DNA of 64,000 nt from a virus, in IMG/VR virus record IMGVR_UViG_3300032092_000005, positions 64,001-128,000 of that record. One strand, written 5' to 3'. Below the pieces are notes generated by a model. The model worked only from the letters and a program-made list of their open reading frames with translations, ran no database searches and had not been told where the DNA came from. A program made the position numbers and the translations under genes. Positions 48,672 through 58,375 of the stretch are shown here, in pieces (the stretch's first letter is position 1; every line of letters begins with the position of its first letter).

Positions 48672-50540
48672 ATGGCAATTAATTTAATCTCACCAGGTAT
48701 CAAAATTACAGAATCTGACAGAGTATCGTCAATTCAAGCAGCTGGAACTACTATTGGTGGAACAGCGGGACAATTTAGATGGGGTCCTATCGACACGCCT
48801 ACTTTAGTTTCTAGCGAAACACAGTTAGCTACAGACTTCGGCACGCCTAATGCAACAAATATCATTGACTTCTTATCAGCAGCCAATTTCCTATCTTACA
48901 CTCCAGCATTGTATGTTGTAAGAACAAACGCAACAAGCGCAAATAATGCTACATCAAATGGATCTAGCGTTCTTGTTAAAAATGATGACGATTATGAAAA
49001 GAATTTTGCTTCTGGAAGCGAAACTGCAAAGTCTTGGATCGCTAAACACGCAGGCGCACTAGGAAATTCGTTAGAAGTTTCTACATGCCCAAGCAGTGCT
49101 GCATGGGAAAGCACATTGACAGGCACATTTACTGTCGCAGCAGGTTCTAAAATTGTTGTTGGCACAGGCGCAACAGCAAACACAGAATTGACTGTTGGTG
49201 ACATTGTTGTTATTGGTGGACGCTCTATTAAAGTTGCAGCTACAACTAACACTGCATACTTCACACTAGAAGAAAATCATATTACTGGCGCTACCTCAGC
49301 TACTGTAAAGCGCCGTTGGGAATTCTTTGATGCATTTGACGGTGCACCAGGAACTTCAGCGTATGCTACTGCAAGAAGTGGTGTTAACGATGAAATGCAC
49401 ATTGTTGTTGTCGATGAAGATGGCGATATTACAGGAACAAAAGGCACTATTCTTGAAAAATACTCAAAAGTATCAAAAGGTTCAGATGCTAAGACTTCTC
49501 AAGGCGCAACTAACTTCTATAGAACAATTATCAACAGCACATCTAAATGGATTCGTTGGGGATTTATAGATGAACAAGGAACAAACTGGAACACTACAGT
49601 AGTGAATAAAACATACACTGCGGTTAATAAACCTATTACATATAGTTTAGCTGGCGGTGCAGACGGAACTGTTACAGATGCATTTAGAATTACAGCATTT
49701 GCTAAATTAGCAAATAAATTGACTGTACCAGCAGGTGTAGTATTCGTTGGAAGCGCAACAGCAGCAGTTATTAACACTGTTATTGCAGACGTTGCTGAAG
49801 CTAGAAAAGACGTAGTTGTTTGCTTCTCTCCAACTTTAGCTAACTGCCAGGCTACAGATGGCGAAGTAGCTGCTATTACAGCTTTTGCAGATACAGTAAC
49901 ACGTTCTACATACGCAGTTATGGATGCAAACTGGAAATACCAATACGACAAATATAACGACACATATGCATATGTTCCATGTAACGCTGACGTTGCTGGT
50001 ACAATGGCAAGAGTTGATTCAGTTAAAGCACCATGGTTCTCTCCAGCTGGATATCAAGCAGGTAGAATTTTGAATGCAGTTCGTCTAGCATGGAATCCTG
50101 ATCAATTAGCCCGTGATGGATTGTATAGATATGGTGTTAACCCAATCATTACTGAGCCAGGTCGTGGAACAATCTTGTTTGGTGACAAGACATTCACTGT
50201 TCAACCAGGATCGTTTAGCAGAATTAACGTTCGTAGACTATTCATTACAATACAAAATGCAATCAGCGGATTGGCACAAAACTTATTGTTTGAAGCTAAT
50301 GATGATGCTACAAGAGCAAGTTTCTTGAATACGGTTGAGCCATATATGAGAACAGTTCAAGGTGGAAGAGGTGTTACCGACTTCAAAGTTATCTGTGATG
50401 GTACTAACAATACTGAAGCTTCTATTAATGCTAATGAGTTTACGGCTGACATTTTTGTTCGTCCAGTATCTTCAATCAACTTCATTCAATTGAACTTTGT
50501 ATCTGTAAGAGGTGCCTCAGCATTCGCCGAACTTGGTTAA
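48672..50540 (+). CDS. gp18: Tail sheath protein
   Basis: SPG....E.D, G.F.WGP, WKYQYDKYND....VP.N.D.AG, PWFSPAG, LFGDKT, F.RINVRRLF, SINFI.LNFV. Confidence 0.97.
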   Translation: MAINLISPGIKITESDRVSSIQAAGTTIGGTAGQFRWGPIDTPTLVSSETQLATDFGTPNATNIIDFLSAANFLSYTPALYVVRTNATSANNATSNGSSVLVKNDDDYEKNFASGSETAKSWIAKHAGALGNSLEVSTCPSSAAWESTLTGTFTVAAGSKIVVGTGATANTELTVGDIVVIGGRSIKVAATTNTAYFTLEENHITGATSATVKRRWEFFDAFDGAPGTSAYATARSGVNDEMHIVVVDEDGDITGTKGTILEKYSKVSKGSDAKTSQGATNFYRTIINSTSKWIRWGFIDEQGTNWNTTVVNKTYTAVNKPITYSLAGGADGTVTDAFRITAFAKLANKLTVPAGVVFVGSATAAVINTVIADVAEARKDVVVCFSPTLANCQATDGEVAAITAFADTVTRSTYAVMDANWKYQYDKYNDTYAYVPCNADVAGTMARVDSVKAPWFSPAGYQAGRILNAVRLAWNPDQLARDGLYRYGVNPIITEPGRGTILFGDKTFTVQPGSFSRINVRRLFITIQNAISGLAQNLLFEANDDATRASFLNTVEPYMRTVQGGRGVTDFKVICDGTNNTEASINANEFTADIFVRPVSSINFIQLNFVSVRGASAFAELG

Positions 50541-50571
50541 TTTTAAAGAAACAAAGTAAAGGAGAATAATA

Positions 50572-51117
50572 ATGGCAACACAAATTACATCAATATCGGA
50601 TCTCGTAAAGGGAATTGGTTTGGGCGCTCGTCCAAATCTATTCCGAATCAGTTTCACAAGCGCAGATTTAACTGCCGCAAACTTTAACTCGGATTCCAAT
50701 TTTTCTTTTCTATGTAAAGCGGGTCAAGTGCCAGCATCATCAATAGGCATCATCGATGTTCCTCTATTAGGTGGCCGTAGATACAAAATTGGTGGCGACA
50801 GAAGTTTCGCTGATTGGACAGTAACAGTTATGGTCGACGGAGCGATGAATGTTAGAAAAAATATAGAAGATTATCAAGCATTATTTGTTTCTAATGATTA
50901 TAGCGGTACATTAGTTGGCGATAGATCCGGTACTGAACTTACTACAGTAACTGTAGAACATTTAGGCGCTGATGATACTACTGCTACTAGAACATACTCG
51001 TTAATAAACTGCTGGCCTTCTGACATTTCAACAATCGATTTATCGTACGACACAACGGATTCTCTAGAAGAGTTTACTGTTACTTGGTCATATGACTATT
51101 TCACAGTAACATCATAA
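50572..51117 (+). CDS. gp19: Tail tube protein, copy 1
   Basis: GARPNLF, FLCKA..VP.S.IG.I.VP..GR..KI.GDR.F.DWTVTV, P..IS.IDLSYD.....EEFTVT. Confidence 0.9.
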   Translation: MATQITSISDLVKGIGLGARPNLFRISFTSADLTAANFNSDSNFSFLCKAGQVPASSIGIIDVPLLGGRRYKIGGDRSFADWTVTVMVDGAMNVRKNIEDYQALFVSNDYSGTLVGDRSGTELTTVTVEHLGADDTTATRTYSLINCWPSDISTIDLSYDTTDSLEEFTVTWSYDYFTVTS

Positions 51118-51132
51118 TAATAGGAGGCTAAT

Positions 51133-51684
51133 ATGGCAGCATTTTCAATTAGTAGTTTTAGATCCGCCCTAGCGGGTGGCGTACACGCAAATTTGTTTAA
51201 ATTTTCACTTACATTCGAAGACACAATTAGTGCAGTAACAGATGCAGATGCTAATTTTGTAACAAACTTCAGTGCTTTAGGTAAGTCTGGCGCAATTCCT
51301 GCTATGACCTTGGGAATTATTGAAGTTCCGTTTAGAGGGCGTAGAGCTAAGATTCCCGGAGATAGATCATTTGGAGAGTGGACAGCAACATTTATCAATA
51401 CTGCTGATCAAAAGTTTAGAGCTGGTTTTGAAGCATGGGCAACTTACATTGCTAGTAATAATTATGACGAAACCGACGGCGTGATTAGCGAGAAATCTGA
51501 TACAGACTATAAGTGTACTATTCAAATAGATCAATTAGGTGACGATGGGGAAGCACTAAGAACTTATAAACTGATAAGTGCATTTCCTACAGAAATCTCT
51601 GCAATCGACCTTTCATACGATACAGTCGATGCTATTGAAGAGTTTTCTGTCACTTTTCAGTATAGTTATTTCGAGCTTGAATAA
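51133..51684 (+). CDS. gp19: Tail tube protein, copy 2
   Basis: I..F...L.GG...NLF, IEVPFRGR..KIPGDR.F.EWT.T, FP..IS.IDLSYD....IEEF.VTFQY. Confidence 0.9.
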   Translation: MAAFSISSFRSALAGGVHANLFKFSLTFEDTISAVTDADANFVTNFSALGKSGAIPAMTLGIIEVPFRGRRAKIPGDRSFGEWTATFINTADQKFRAGFEAWATYIASNNYDETDGVISEKSDTDYKCTIQIDQLGDDGEALRTYKLISAFPTEISAIDLSYDTVDAIEEFSVTFQYSYFELE

Positions 51685-51697
51685 TCTTTTCGTGGCG

Positions 51698-51705
51698 TAT
51701 AAATA
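51698..51705 (+). promoter_or_regulatory. T4-type late promoter
   Basis: TATAAATA upstream of gp20, inside an imperfect inverted repeat. Confidence 0.75.
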
Positions 51706-51725
51706 CGTTGCGTAATAGTTTTTGT

Positions 51726-51752
51726 AGGGGGACTATTAACGTCCCCCTTTTT
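51726..51752 (+). terminator. Rho-independent terminator between the tube genes and the portal gene
   Basis: AGGGGGAC-TATTAAC-GTCCCCCT-TTTT. Confidence 0.8.
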
Positions 51753-51769
51753 AATGGAAGAGACTCAAA

Positions 51770-53311
51770 ATGGCAATAAAATTATTTGGATTTAAGATAG
51801 GTAAAGACGAACCTCAGCAAGATGCGGTTAAATCATTCGTTCCTCCGAACGATCAAGAAGATTCGACTTCAGTTGTTGGCGGTGGTATTTACGGAACTTA
51901 TGTCGATCTTGAAGGTCAAGTTAGAAATGATGCAGACTTAATCAAGAAATACCGTGAAATGGCATTGCAGCCAGAATGTGACACAGCTATTGACGATATC
52001 GTCAATGAAGCTATTGTATTTGATAAAAATAATTATCCGGTACAGATTGTTTTAGATAGACTAGAACAGCCAGAATCTGTAAAGAAAAAGATTAAAGAAG
52101 AATATGAACATATCGTAAAGCTTTTGGATTTTAACAATCAAGCTTATGATATATTCCGTAGATGGTATATTGATGGTAAGTTGTACTATCATATGCTAAT
52201 CGATGAAAAGAATCCTAGACTAGGTATCCAAGAAGTGCGATACATTGATCCTAGAAAGATTCGAAAAATTAAAGAAGTGCCTAGATCAAAAGAGAACATT
52301 GCTACAGGACAACCTCAAGCAGTCAAGTATGTTGATTACTATGTGTTTTCTGAAAAGGGTTTTGTCAGAGATAATAGTCAGGGCTTAAGAATCTCTCCAG
52401 ATTCTATTTGCTATACGCATTCGGGACTTACAGATAAAGACGGCAAAGTCATTATCTCATATCTACACAAAGCAATTAAGCCTTTGAATCAGCTCCGAAT
52501 GCTTGAAGATGCTACAGTCATCTACCGCATTTCAAGAGCACCTGAACGTAGAATTTTCTATATTGACGTTGGTAATCTGCCTAAAATGAAAGCAGAACAA
52601 TACTTGCGCGAGATTATGCAGAAGTACAAGAACAAACTAGTATATGACGCAAGCACTGGTGAAATTCGTGACGATAGAAGATATCAGACAATGCTTGAAG
52701 ACTTCTGGCTACCAAGACGCGAAGGCGGTAAAGGCACAGAGATTACTACACTTCCTGGTGGACAAAACTTAGGCGAAATTGAAGACGTACTATACTTCCA
52801 AAAGAAGATGTATAAGTCATTGAACGTTCCTATTTCAAGACTAGAATCTAATGACGGATTCTCACTAGGTAGAGCTTCTGAAATTACAAGAGATGAATTG
52901 AAATTCAACAAATTCATTCAAAGATTGCGCCTAAGATTCTCGCATCTATTCGATAAGCTACTAGAAACACAGCTATTGCTTAAGGGCATTTGCACAAAGC
53001 AAGAATGGCAACAATTAAAAGAAGATATTTCTTATGATTACGTTTCTGATGTATATTTCACTGAGCTAAAAGAAGTTGAAATTATGAAAGAGCGTCTAGC
53101 GATTCTTACAGACCTCGATCCGTTCGTTGGCAAATATTTCTCTCTTAACTATATCCGTACTAATATCTTACGTCAATCTGAAGATGATATTGAAAAGATG
53201 GATAAAGAAATGCTAGAAGACGCAGAGAAAACAGCAGCAGTAGCAGAGGATGAGCCACCTCCACCTGAACCAAAACCTATTCCAGTTACACTAGCTAAGC
53301 CAGCAGAATAA
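51770..53311 (+). CDS. gp20: Portal protein
   Basis: FRRWY.DG, YLHKAIK..NQLRM.EDA.VIYR..RAPERRIFYIDVGNLPK.KAEQY, EDFWLPRREGGKGTEITTLPGGQNLGE. Confidence 0.98.
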   Translation: MAIKLFGFKIGKDEPQQDAVKSFVPPNDQEDSTSVVGGGIYGTYVDLEGQVRNDADLIKKYREMALQPECDTAIDDIVNEAIVFDKNNYPVQIVLDRLEQPESVKKKIKEEYEHIVKLLDFNNQAYDIFRRWYIDGKLYYHMLIDEKNPRLGIQEVRYIDPRKIRKIKEVPRSKENIATGQPQAVKYVDYYVFSEKGFVRDNSQGLRISPDSICYTHSGLTDKDGKVIISYLHKAIKPLNQLRMLEDATVIYRISRAPERRIFYIDVGNLPKMKAEQYLREIMQKYKNKLVYDASTGEIRDDRRYQTMLEDFWLPRREGGKGTEITTLPGGQNLGEIEDVLYFQKKMYKSLNVPISRLESNDGFSLGRASEITRDELKFNKFIQRLRLRFSHLFDKLLETQLLLKGICTKQEWQQLKEDISYDYVSDVYFTELKEVEIMKERLAILTDLDPFVGKYFSLNYIRTNILRQSEDDIEKMDKEMLEDAEKTAAVAEDEPPPPEPKPIPVTLAKPAE

Positions 53312-53327
53312 CTGAATATTAAGTTTT

Positions 53328-53335
53328 TATAAATA
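53328..53335 (+). promoter_or_regulatory. T4-type late promoter
   Basis: TATAAATA upstream of the prohead core genes. Confidence 0.8.
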
Positions 53336-53361
53336 TATAAAGCAAATTAAGGAGCTATATC

Positions 53362-53583
53362 ATGGAACATATTCAGACAGCATTACAACACGCTTATCAA
53401 GCTAAGCCTTTAGAATTTAAAAATTCTATCATTGCAGCATTAGAAGATAAACTAAGCGATGCATTAGAGATGAAAAAAATGTCAGTTGCCAGTACAGTTT
53501 TAAAACAAGATGAATCGTCTTCGGAAGAAGAAGAAGATGAGTCACCAGAAATTTCAGAGGTTAATTCAGATGAAGAGCTTTAA
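53362..53583 (+). CDS. gp67: Prohead core protein (gp67-like)
   Basis: Small protein with F...I..AL..K...AL...K..VA and an acidic tail, immediately after the portal gene. Confidence 0.7.
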   Translation: MEHIQTALQHAYQAKPLEFKNSIIAALEDKLSDALEMKKMSVASTVLKQDESSSEEEEDESPEISEVNSDEEL

Positions 53584-53803
53584 GGATTTTATTCAAATAA
53601 ACGAGCTTAAACTGCCGAAGTATTCGCATGGCGGCGCATACGACATAATCAAAGCTAAGATGAAAGAAGATGTTGACGCAACAGAAGTTCTTTTTAGCCT
53701 TTATGAAAATTTAAGCGCAGAAAATCAAGAGATGTTTTTAACTAGATTAGAATCTGATGCAGATGCGTTATTAGATTTTGCTACAATTTCAAAGGTAGAA
53801 TAA
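53570..53803 (+). CDS. Small prohead/internal head protein (77 aa)
   Basis: Start taken at MKSFKDFI (GAGG RBS upstream) rather than 53510; LYE.LS.ENQ..F motif; lies in the gp67-gp21 interval. Confidence 0.6.
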   Translation: MKSFKDFIQINELKLPKYSHGGAYDIIKAKMKEDVDATEVLFSLYENLSAENQEMFLTRLESDADALLDFATISKVE

Positions 53804-53804
53804 A

Positions 53805-54269
53805 ATGGCTGATGCAGTAACAACACAAGTATTAAAAGACCATGCTTCAGCATGGGCAGTAAAGCTAACAAATATTTCTGACGGAACGGGTGAAACAAAC
53901 GTTAGAAAAGTTACAGCCAATTCTTTGATCGCAACTAACGGCGACAATTCAACACAGAGATTAACTATCACAAAACTCTTTTGGTCAGTAGCATCTGGAA
54001 CAAGTTCATTAATGTCTCCTAGAGTTACTATTCTATGGAATGGAACTTCAGCAAACACAGTAGCAGCTACATTGACTGGTTCAGGATATTGGGATTTAGT
54101 AGCAAGTGGTCAATGTCCAATTACAAACAATGCAAGCAATCCAACAGGTGACATTCTATTGTCCACAGTAGGATTTACAGCTAATGCTGCATACACAGTT
54201 ATTCTAGAAGGTAAGAAGACTTCTGGTTACGTAAGTCGTGAATCAACTGATGACGGCATCTCGCCATAA
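53805..54269 (+). CDS. Probable virion structural protein (154 aa, beta-rich)
   Basis: MADAVT.Q...KLTNISDGTGE...I.K..WS...G.WD...TGDI.LST.GF; upstream of gp21. Confidence 0.6.
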   Translation: MADAVTTQVLKDHASAWAVKLTNISDGTGETNVRKVTANSLIATNGDNSTQRLTITKLFWSVASGTSSLMSPRVTILWNGTSANTVAATLTGSGYWDLVASGQCPITNNASNPTGDILLSTVGFTANAAYTVILEGKKTSGYVSRESTDDGISP

Positions 54270-54284
54270 TAAGGAGATAATCAC

Positions 54285-54935
54285 ATGAAACTAATCACAG
54301 AAATTAATGAAGAAGTAAAGATTATTACCGAGCAAAATGAATCGGGTGGTAAGAACTTTTACATTGAAGGCATTTTTATGCAAGCTGAATTGCCTAATAG
54401 AAATAACCGTATGTACTCTCTTCCAATTCTACAAAAAGAAACGAATAGATATGTAACAGAATTCGTAAATAAGAATCGTGCATATGGAGAGCTAGGTCAT
54501 CCAGATGGTCCTAATATTAATTTGGAAAGAGTGTCACACTTGATCAAGAGCTTAAGACAAGAAGGTAATAACTTCATTGGCAAAGCAAAGATCATGGATA
54601 CTCCTTACGGCAATATCGTAAAGAATTTATTATCTGAAGGCGCAACTATTGGCGTATCTACAAGAGGCATGGGTTCTCTAATAGAAGGCAAAAATGGTAT
54701 TAAAATTGTTAAGGACGACTTTCACTTAGCAACAGCAGCAGATATCGTAGCCGATCCTTCTGCACCTGATGCATACGTGCGTGGCATTATGGAAGGCAAA
54801 GAGTGGGTTTGGGATAACGGAGTAATTAGAGAAGCAGATGTTGTAAAACAAAAAGAAGTCATTCAAGGTTCTTCTAAGAAAAACTTAGAAGAAAATATGA
54901 TTAAAGTTTTCCAAGATTTCATTTCCAAATTATAA
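54285..54935 (+). CDS. gp21: Prohead protease
   Basis: MKLI.E, IEGIF.Q....NRN.R.Y, RA.GELGHP, GVS.RG.GS, DIVADPSAPDA. Confidence 0.97.
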   Translation: MKLITEINEEVKIITEQNESGGKNFYIEGIFMQAELPNRNNRMYSLPILQKETNRYVTEFVNKNRAYGELGHPDGPNINLERVSHLIKSLRQEGNNFIGKAKIMDTPYGNIVKNLLSEGATIGVSTRGMGSLIEGKNGIKIVKDDFHLATAADIVADPSAPDAYVRGIMEGKEWVWDNGVIREADVVKQKEVIQGSSKKNLEENMIKVFQDFISKL

Positions 54936-54939
54936 CTTG

Positions 54940-54947
54940 TATAAATA
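54940..54947 (+). promoter_or_regulatory. T4-type late promoter
   Basis: TATAAATA upstream of gp22. Confidence 0.8.
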
Positions 54948-54981
54948 GATATAGTTAAATATCATAAAAAGGAGACCTATT

Positions 54982-55875
54982 ATGACTGATATAAACAGCA
55001 AGGATAACGAATTGTTGGAAGGAGAACTTCCACCTGCTTTAAAAGCAGCCATCGAAAAGAAAAAAGCTAAAGCAATGAAAAATGGCGATAGCGAAGAATC
55101 TGATGATGATGAGAAAGAAAAAACGATGAAAGAGAAAAACCATTCAAAAATGAAAGAAGATATTGATGCTATTTTCTCAGGCGAATCTCTTTCTGAAGAA
55201 TTCAAAAACAATGCAAAGGCTATCTTTGAAGCTGCTATTCTAGCAAAAGTTTCTGAAGAAAGAGCAAAGCTTGATGAAGAATACGAAACTAAACTAGAAG
55301 AAGAAATTGATTCTATCAATGAAAGCATGATTACAAAGGTTGACGAATACTTAGAGTATGTCGTTAGCGAATGGATGGAAGAAAATAAACTCGCAGTTGA
55401 ATCTGGTATCAAAGCAGAATTGGCTGAAGACTTTATGGTAGGATTGAAAAATCTATTCACAGAACACTATGTTGATATTCCAGAAGAAAAGTTAGATGTA
55501 ATTGAAGAAATCACAGAAAAACTTCAAGAACTTGAAATTGAGTTGGATAAAGTTGTTACTGAAAATGTACAAATGACTTCCGAAATCAATGAGTACAGAA
55601 AAGAGAATATTGTTAATAAAATCTCTGAAGGTCTTACAGATGTGCAATCAGCAAAATTGAAAAGTCTAGCTGAAGGTATTGAGTATGTTTCGGACGAAGA
55701 CTATGAACAAAAACTTTCTTTAACTAAGAAGAAATATTTTGATAGCAAAATCGAAGAAGAAGTTGCTCCAAAAAGCAATAGCTTAGATGGTGATGGCGCA
55801 GTAAACTTAGATGAATCTTTTGCTCCAGCAATGAATCACTACGTTCAAAGTATATCAAAAATTGTGAAAAGATAA
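54982..55875 (+). CDS. gp22: Prohead scaffold protein
   Basis: LSEEFK..A..IFEAA, KVD.YL.YV..EW.EEN.LA.E.G, F..GLK.LF.EHY.D.P, M..YV..I. Confidence 0.95.
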   Translation: MTDINSKDNELLEGELPPALKAAIEKKKAKAMKNGDSEESDDDEKEKTMKEKNHSKMKEDIDAIFSGESLSEEFKNNAKAIFEAAILAKVSEERAKLDEEYETKLEEEIDSINESMITKVDEYLEYVVSEWMEENKLAVESGIKAELAEDFMVGLKNLFTEHYVDIPEEKLDVIEEITEKLQELEIELDKVVTENVQMTSEINEYRKENIVNKISEGLTDVQSAKLKSLAEGIEYVSDEDYEQKLSLTKKKYFDSKIEEEVAPKSNSLDGDGAVNLDESFAPAMNHYVQSISKIVKR

Positions 55876-55880
55876 CTTTT

Positions 55881-55888
55881 TATAAATA
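55881..55888 (+). promoter_or_regulatory. T4-type late promoter
   Basis: TATAAATA upstream of gp23. Confidence 0.85.
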
Positions 55889-55929
55889 ATAACAGACAGA
55901 GTTCCAATTAATACTCAAGGAGAAAATAT

Positions 55930-57246
55930 ATGTCAATCGAATCATTAGTAAAAAAATGGGGTCCAGTTCTAGATCATCCTGACCTAGCATCCATTAAAGA
56001 CAGTCACAAAAGAGCAGTTGTTTCCCAATTGCTAGAAAACCAAGAAGCTTCATGCCGTGAAAATTCTTCAGGCGGATATCGTTCACCAGGTTCTCTACTA
56101 TCAGAAACAGCACCAACAAACAGCATGGGCGCATCGTCATCTACAGCTGGTGATGGTAACATCGACATTTACGATCCAGTTCTAATCAGCTTGGTTCGCC
56201 GTGCGATGCCTAACCTAATCGCATATGATATTTGCGGTGTTCAGCCAATGACAGGTCCAACAGGCTTGATCTTTGCTATGCGTTCAAGATACGCAGCGCA
56301 AGACGGCACAGAAGCTTTGTTCAACGAAGCTAACACAGGTTTCTCTGGTGTTTTCACTGGTGTACAAACAGGCCAATCTCCTGCACTAGCTAACGCAACA
56401 AACTACACAGTACAAACAGGTATGACTACAGCTACTGCTGAAGACTTGGGTGCTGGTACAACAATGCGCGAAATGGCTTTCTCTATCGAAAAAGTTGCCG
56501 TTACAGCAAAAAGCCGTGCGCTAAAAGCTGAATACACAATGGAATTAGCACAAGACTTGAAAGCAGTTCATGGTTTAGACGCTGAACAAGAATTGGCTAA
56601 CATCCTTTCTACAGAAATCTTAGCTGAAATTAACCGTGAAGTTGTTCGTCAGATCAACATTACTGCTACTATCGGTGCGCAAGAAAACGTAACTACTGCT
56701 GGTACATTCGACTTAGACGTTGATGCTAACGGTCGTTGGTCAGTTGAAAAATTCAAGGGTCTAATGTTCCAATTAGAACGTGAATCTAACGCAATTGCTA
56801 AAGCAACTCGCCGTGGTAAAGGTAACATCCTAATTTGTTCTTCAGACGTAGCTTCTGCATTGCAAATGGCTGGTGTTCTTGACTACACACCTGCATTGTC
56901 TAATGCACTACAAGTTGACGATACAGGCAATACATTTGCTGGTGTTTTAAACGGTCGTATCAAAGTTTACATCGATCCATATTTCGCTGCAACTTCTGGT
57001 GTACACTACGCGACAATGGGTTACAAAGGCACTTCAGCATTTGATGCTGGTCTATTCTACTGCCCATACGTACCTCTACAAATGGTTCGTGCAGTTGGAC
57101 AAGATTCTTTCCAACCAAAGATTGCGTTCAAAACACGTTATGGCATGGTAGCTAACCCATTCGCAACATCTGCTGCTGATGGCGCTCTATCGTTCTCTAA
57201 CAAGAACATCTACTACCGTAGATTCGCAATTGCTAACTTGATGTAA
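55930..57246 (+). CDS. gp23: Major capsid protein
   Basis: DPVLISLVRRAMPNLIAYDICGVQPMTGPTGLIFAMRSRY, SRALKAEY..ELAQDLKA.HGLDAE.EL, FYCPYVPLQM, KTRYG. Confidence 0.99.
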   Translation: MSIESLVKKWGPVLDHPDLASIKDSHKRAVVSQLLENQEASCRENSSGGYRSPGSLLSETAPTNSMGASSSTAGDGNIDIYDPVLISLVRRAMPNLIAYDICGVQPMTGPTGLIFAMRSRYAAQDGTEALFNEANTGFSGVFTGVQTGQSPALANATNYTVQTGMTTATAEDLGAGTTMREMAFSIEKVAVTAKSRALKAEYTMELAQDLKAVHGLDAEQELANILSTEILAEINREVVRQINITATIGAQENVTTAGTFDLDVDANGRWSVEKFKGLMFQLERESNAIAKATRRGKGNILICSSDVASALQMAGVLDYTPALSNALQVDDTGNTFAGVLNGRIKVYIDPYFAATSGVHYATMGYKGTSAFDAGLFYCPYVPLQMVRAVGQDSFQPKIAFKTRYGMVANPFATSAADGALSFSNKNIYYRRFAIANLM

Positions 57247-57286
57247 TATCAAAAGCACTGATTGAGCCGAGACACATCGGACACTT

Positions 57287-57315
57287 AAAAGGGGACTTAA
57301 AGGTTCCCTTTTTTT
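57287..57315 (+). terminator. Rho-independent terminator after gp23
   Basis: AAAAGGGGAC-TTAAAG-GTTCCCTTTTTTT. Confidence 0.85.
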
Positions 57316-57319
57316 GGTT

Positions 57320-57327
57320 TATAAATA
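57320..57327 (+). promoter_or_regulatory. T4-type late promoter
   Basis: TATAAATA upstream of gp3. Confidence 0.8.
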
Positions 57328-57354
57328 GACAACAATAACTTATGGAGCATCATC

Positions 57355-57873
57355 ATGGCAGAAACATTTATCAGTCCAGTAAACAAGAGCTTTCTTTCCA
57401 ACAACAAGTATCAGTTCATTCTAAGTAGAATGCCAAACATTGAGTTTTTCATTCAGAACATTACTCTTCCTGCAATGACATTGCTTTCAACAGATACGCA
57501 AACTCCATTCACTAGAATTTCAATACCATCTAATCAATTAGTATTTGATCCATTGGATATCACTATTGCACTTGATGAAGATATGAATGCGTGGTTTGAA
57601 GTTTATAACTGGATATATCAGCTAGGCAATCCTACAGGATACGATAAACTCGGTAATCTTACTCGCACTGCTGGACAAAATAATAGCATTACTTCTGATG
57701 CTACGCTAACTATCAAAACTAATTCAAACAATCCGAATGTACGCATTACGTTCAAAGACTTGTATCCATCTTCAATATCAAACATCCAATTCACATCTAC
57801 TGAAGGTCAAGAATTCCTAACAGCAAATATCAACTTCAATTACACAACATATTACGCAGAAAGAGTTGTTTAA
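57355..57873 (+). CDS. gp3: Tail tube terminator / completion protein
   Basis: N..FLS...Y.F...R.P..EFF.Q...LP, LDEDM....E...W, SDATL, F.D..P.S.S...F; position after gp23. Confidence 0.88.
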   Translation: MAETFISPVNKSFLSNNKYQFILSRMPNIEFFIQNITLPAMTLLSTDTQTPFTRISIPSNQLVFDPLDITIALDEDMNAWFEVYNWIYQLGNPTGYDKLGNLTRTAGQNNSITSDATLTIKTNSNNPNVRITFKDLYPSSISNIQFTSTEGQEFLTANINFNYTTYYAERVV

Positions 57874-57876
57874 TAT

Positions 57877-57905
57877 TTGACTTGAAACTAGTATTATGAT
57901 ATAAT
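57877..57905 (+). promoter_or_regulatory. Sigma70-type early promoter for the uvsY-uvsW operon
   Basis: TTGACT-N17-TATAAT with extended -10 TGn. Confidence 0.85.
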
Positions 57906-57932
57906 GAAGAAATTTTATGAGGACAATATATC

Positions 57933-58370
57933 ATGACACTAGACGATATCGCAGCAGAGTGGGCAAAAGATTCTAAAATTGACAAAACAGAATTAGGTGT
58001 TGAGTCAATTAGAATTCCAGAACTCCACAGCAAGTATCTGAAAATATTTTTCGATGAACGGAGAAGACTTAAAGGATACCAATTCCAATCTAGAGAAACG
58101 TATTTGAAAAAGTATGAATACTACAATGGAAAAATGTCAGAAGAAGAGATGAAAGAGTTAGGATGGGAACCTTTCATGAAGCGGCTGATGAAGGGTGAAG
58201 TAGATTACTACCTTGACGCAGACAGAGATATGATTCAAGAAAAAGCTAAGATTGTCAATCAAGAAGAAAAGATTGATATGGTAGCAGAGATAATTAAGAA
58301 TCTGAATCAAAGAAACTTTCAGATCAAAAATGCAATAGACTACCTCAAATTTACTAATGGTGTTCAATAA
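57933..58370 (+). CDS. uvsY: Recombination mediator
   Basis: W.KDS.ID...L..ES..IP.LHSKY, YY.GK, R..QIKNAI....F..G. Confidence 0.92.
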   Translation: MTLDDIAAEWAKDSKIDKTELGVESIRIPELHSKYLKIFFDERRRLKGYQFQSRETYLKKYEYYNGKMSEEEMKELGWEPFMKRLMKGEVDYYLDADRDMIQEKAKIVNQEEKIDMVAEIIKNLNQRNFQIKNAIDYLKFTNGVQ

Positions 58371-58375
58371 TTATA

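Noticed and set aside
54930-55460. 176-aa minus-strand ORF
   Set aside because: Ser/Phe-rich shadow of Glu/Lys-rich gp22
46987-57246. Introns, inteins or homing endonucleases in terminase, portal or capsid genes
   Set aside because: All are continuous ORFs of ordinary length
57255-57286. Small CCGA/TCGG hairpin after gp23 as an ncRNA
   Set aside because: A 4-bp stem is too little to call without comparative data
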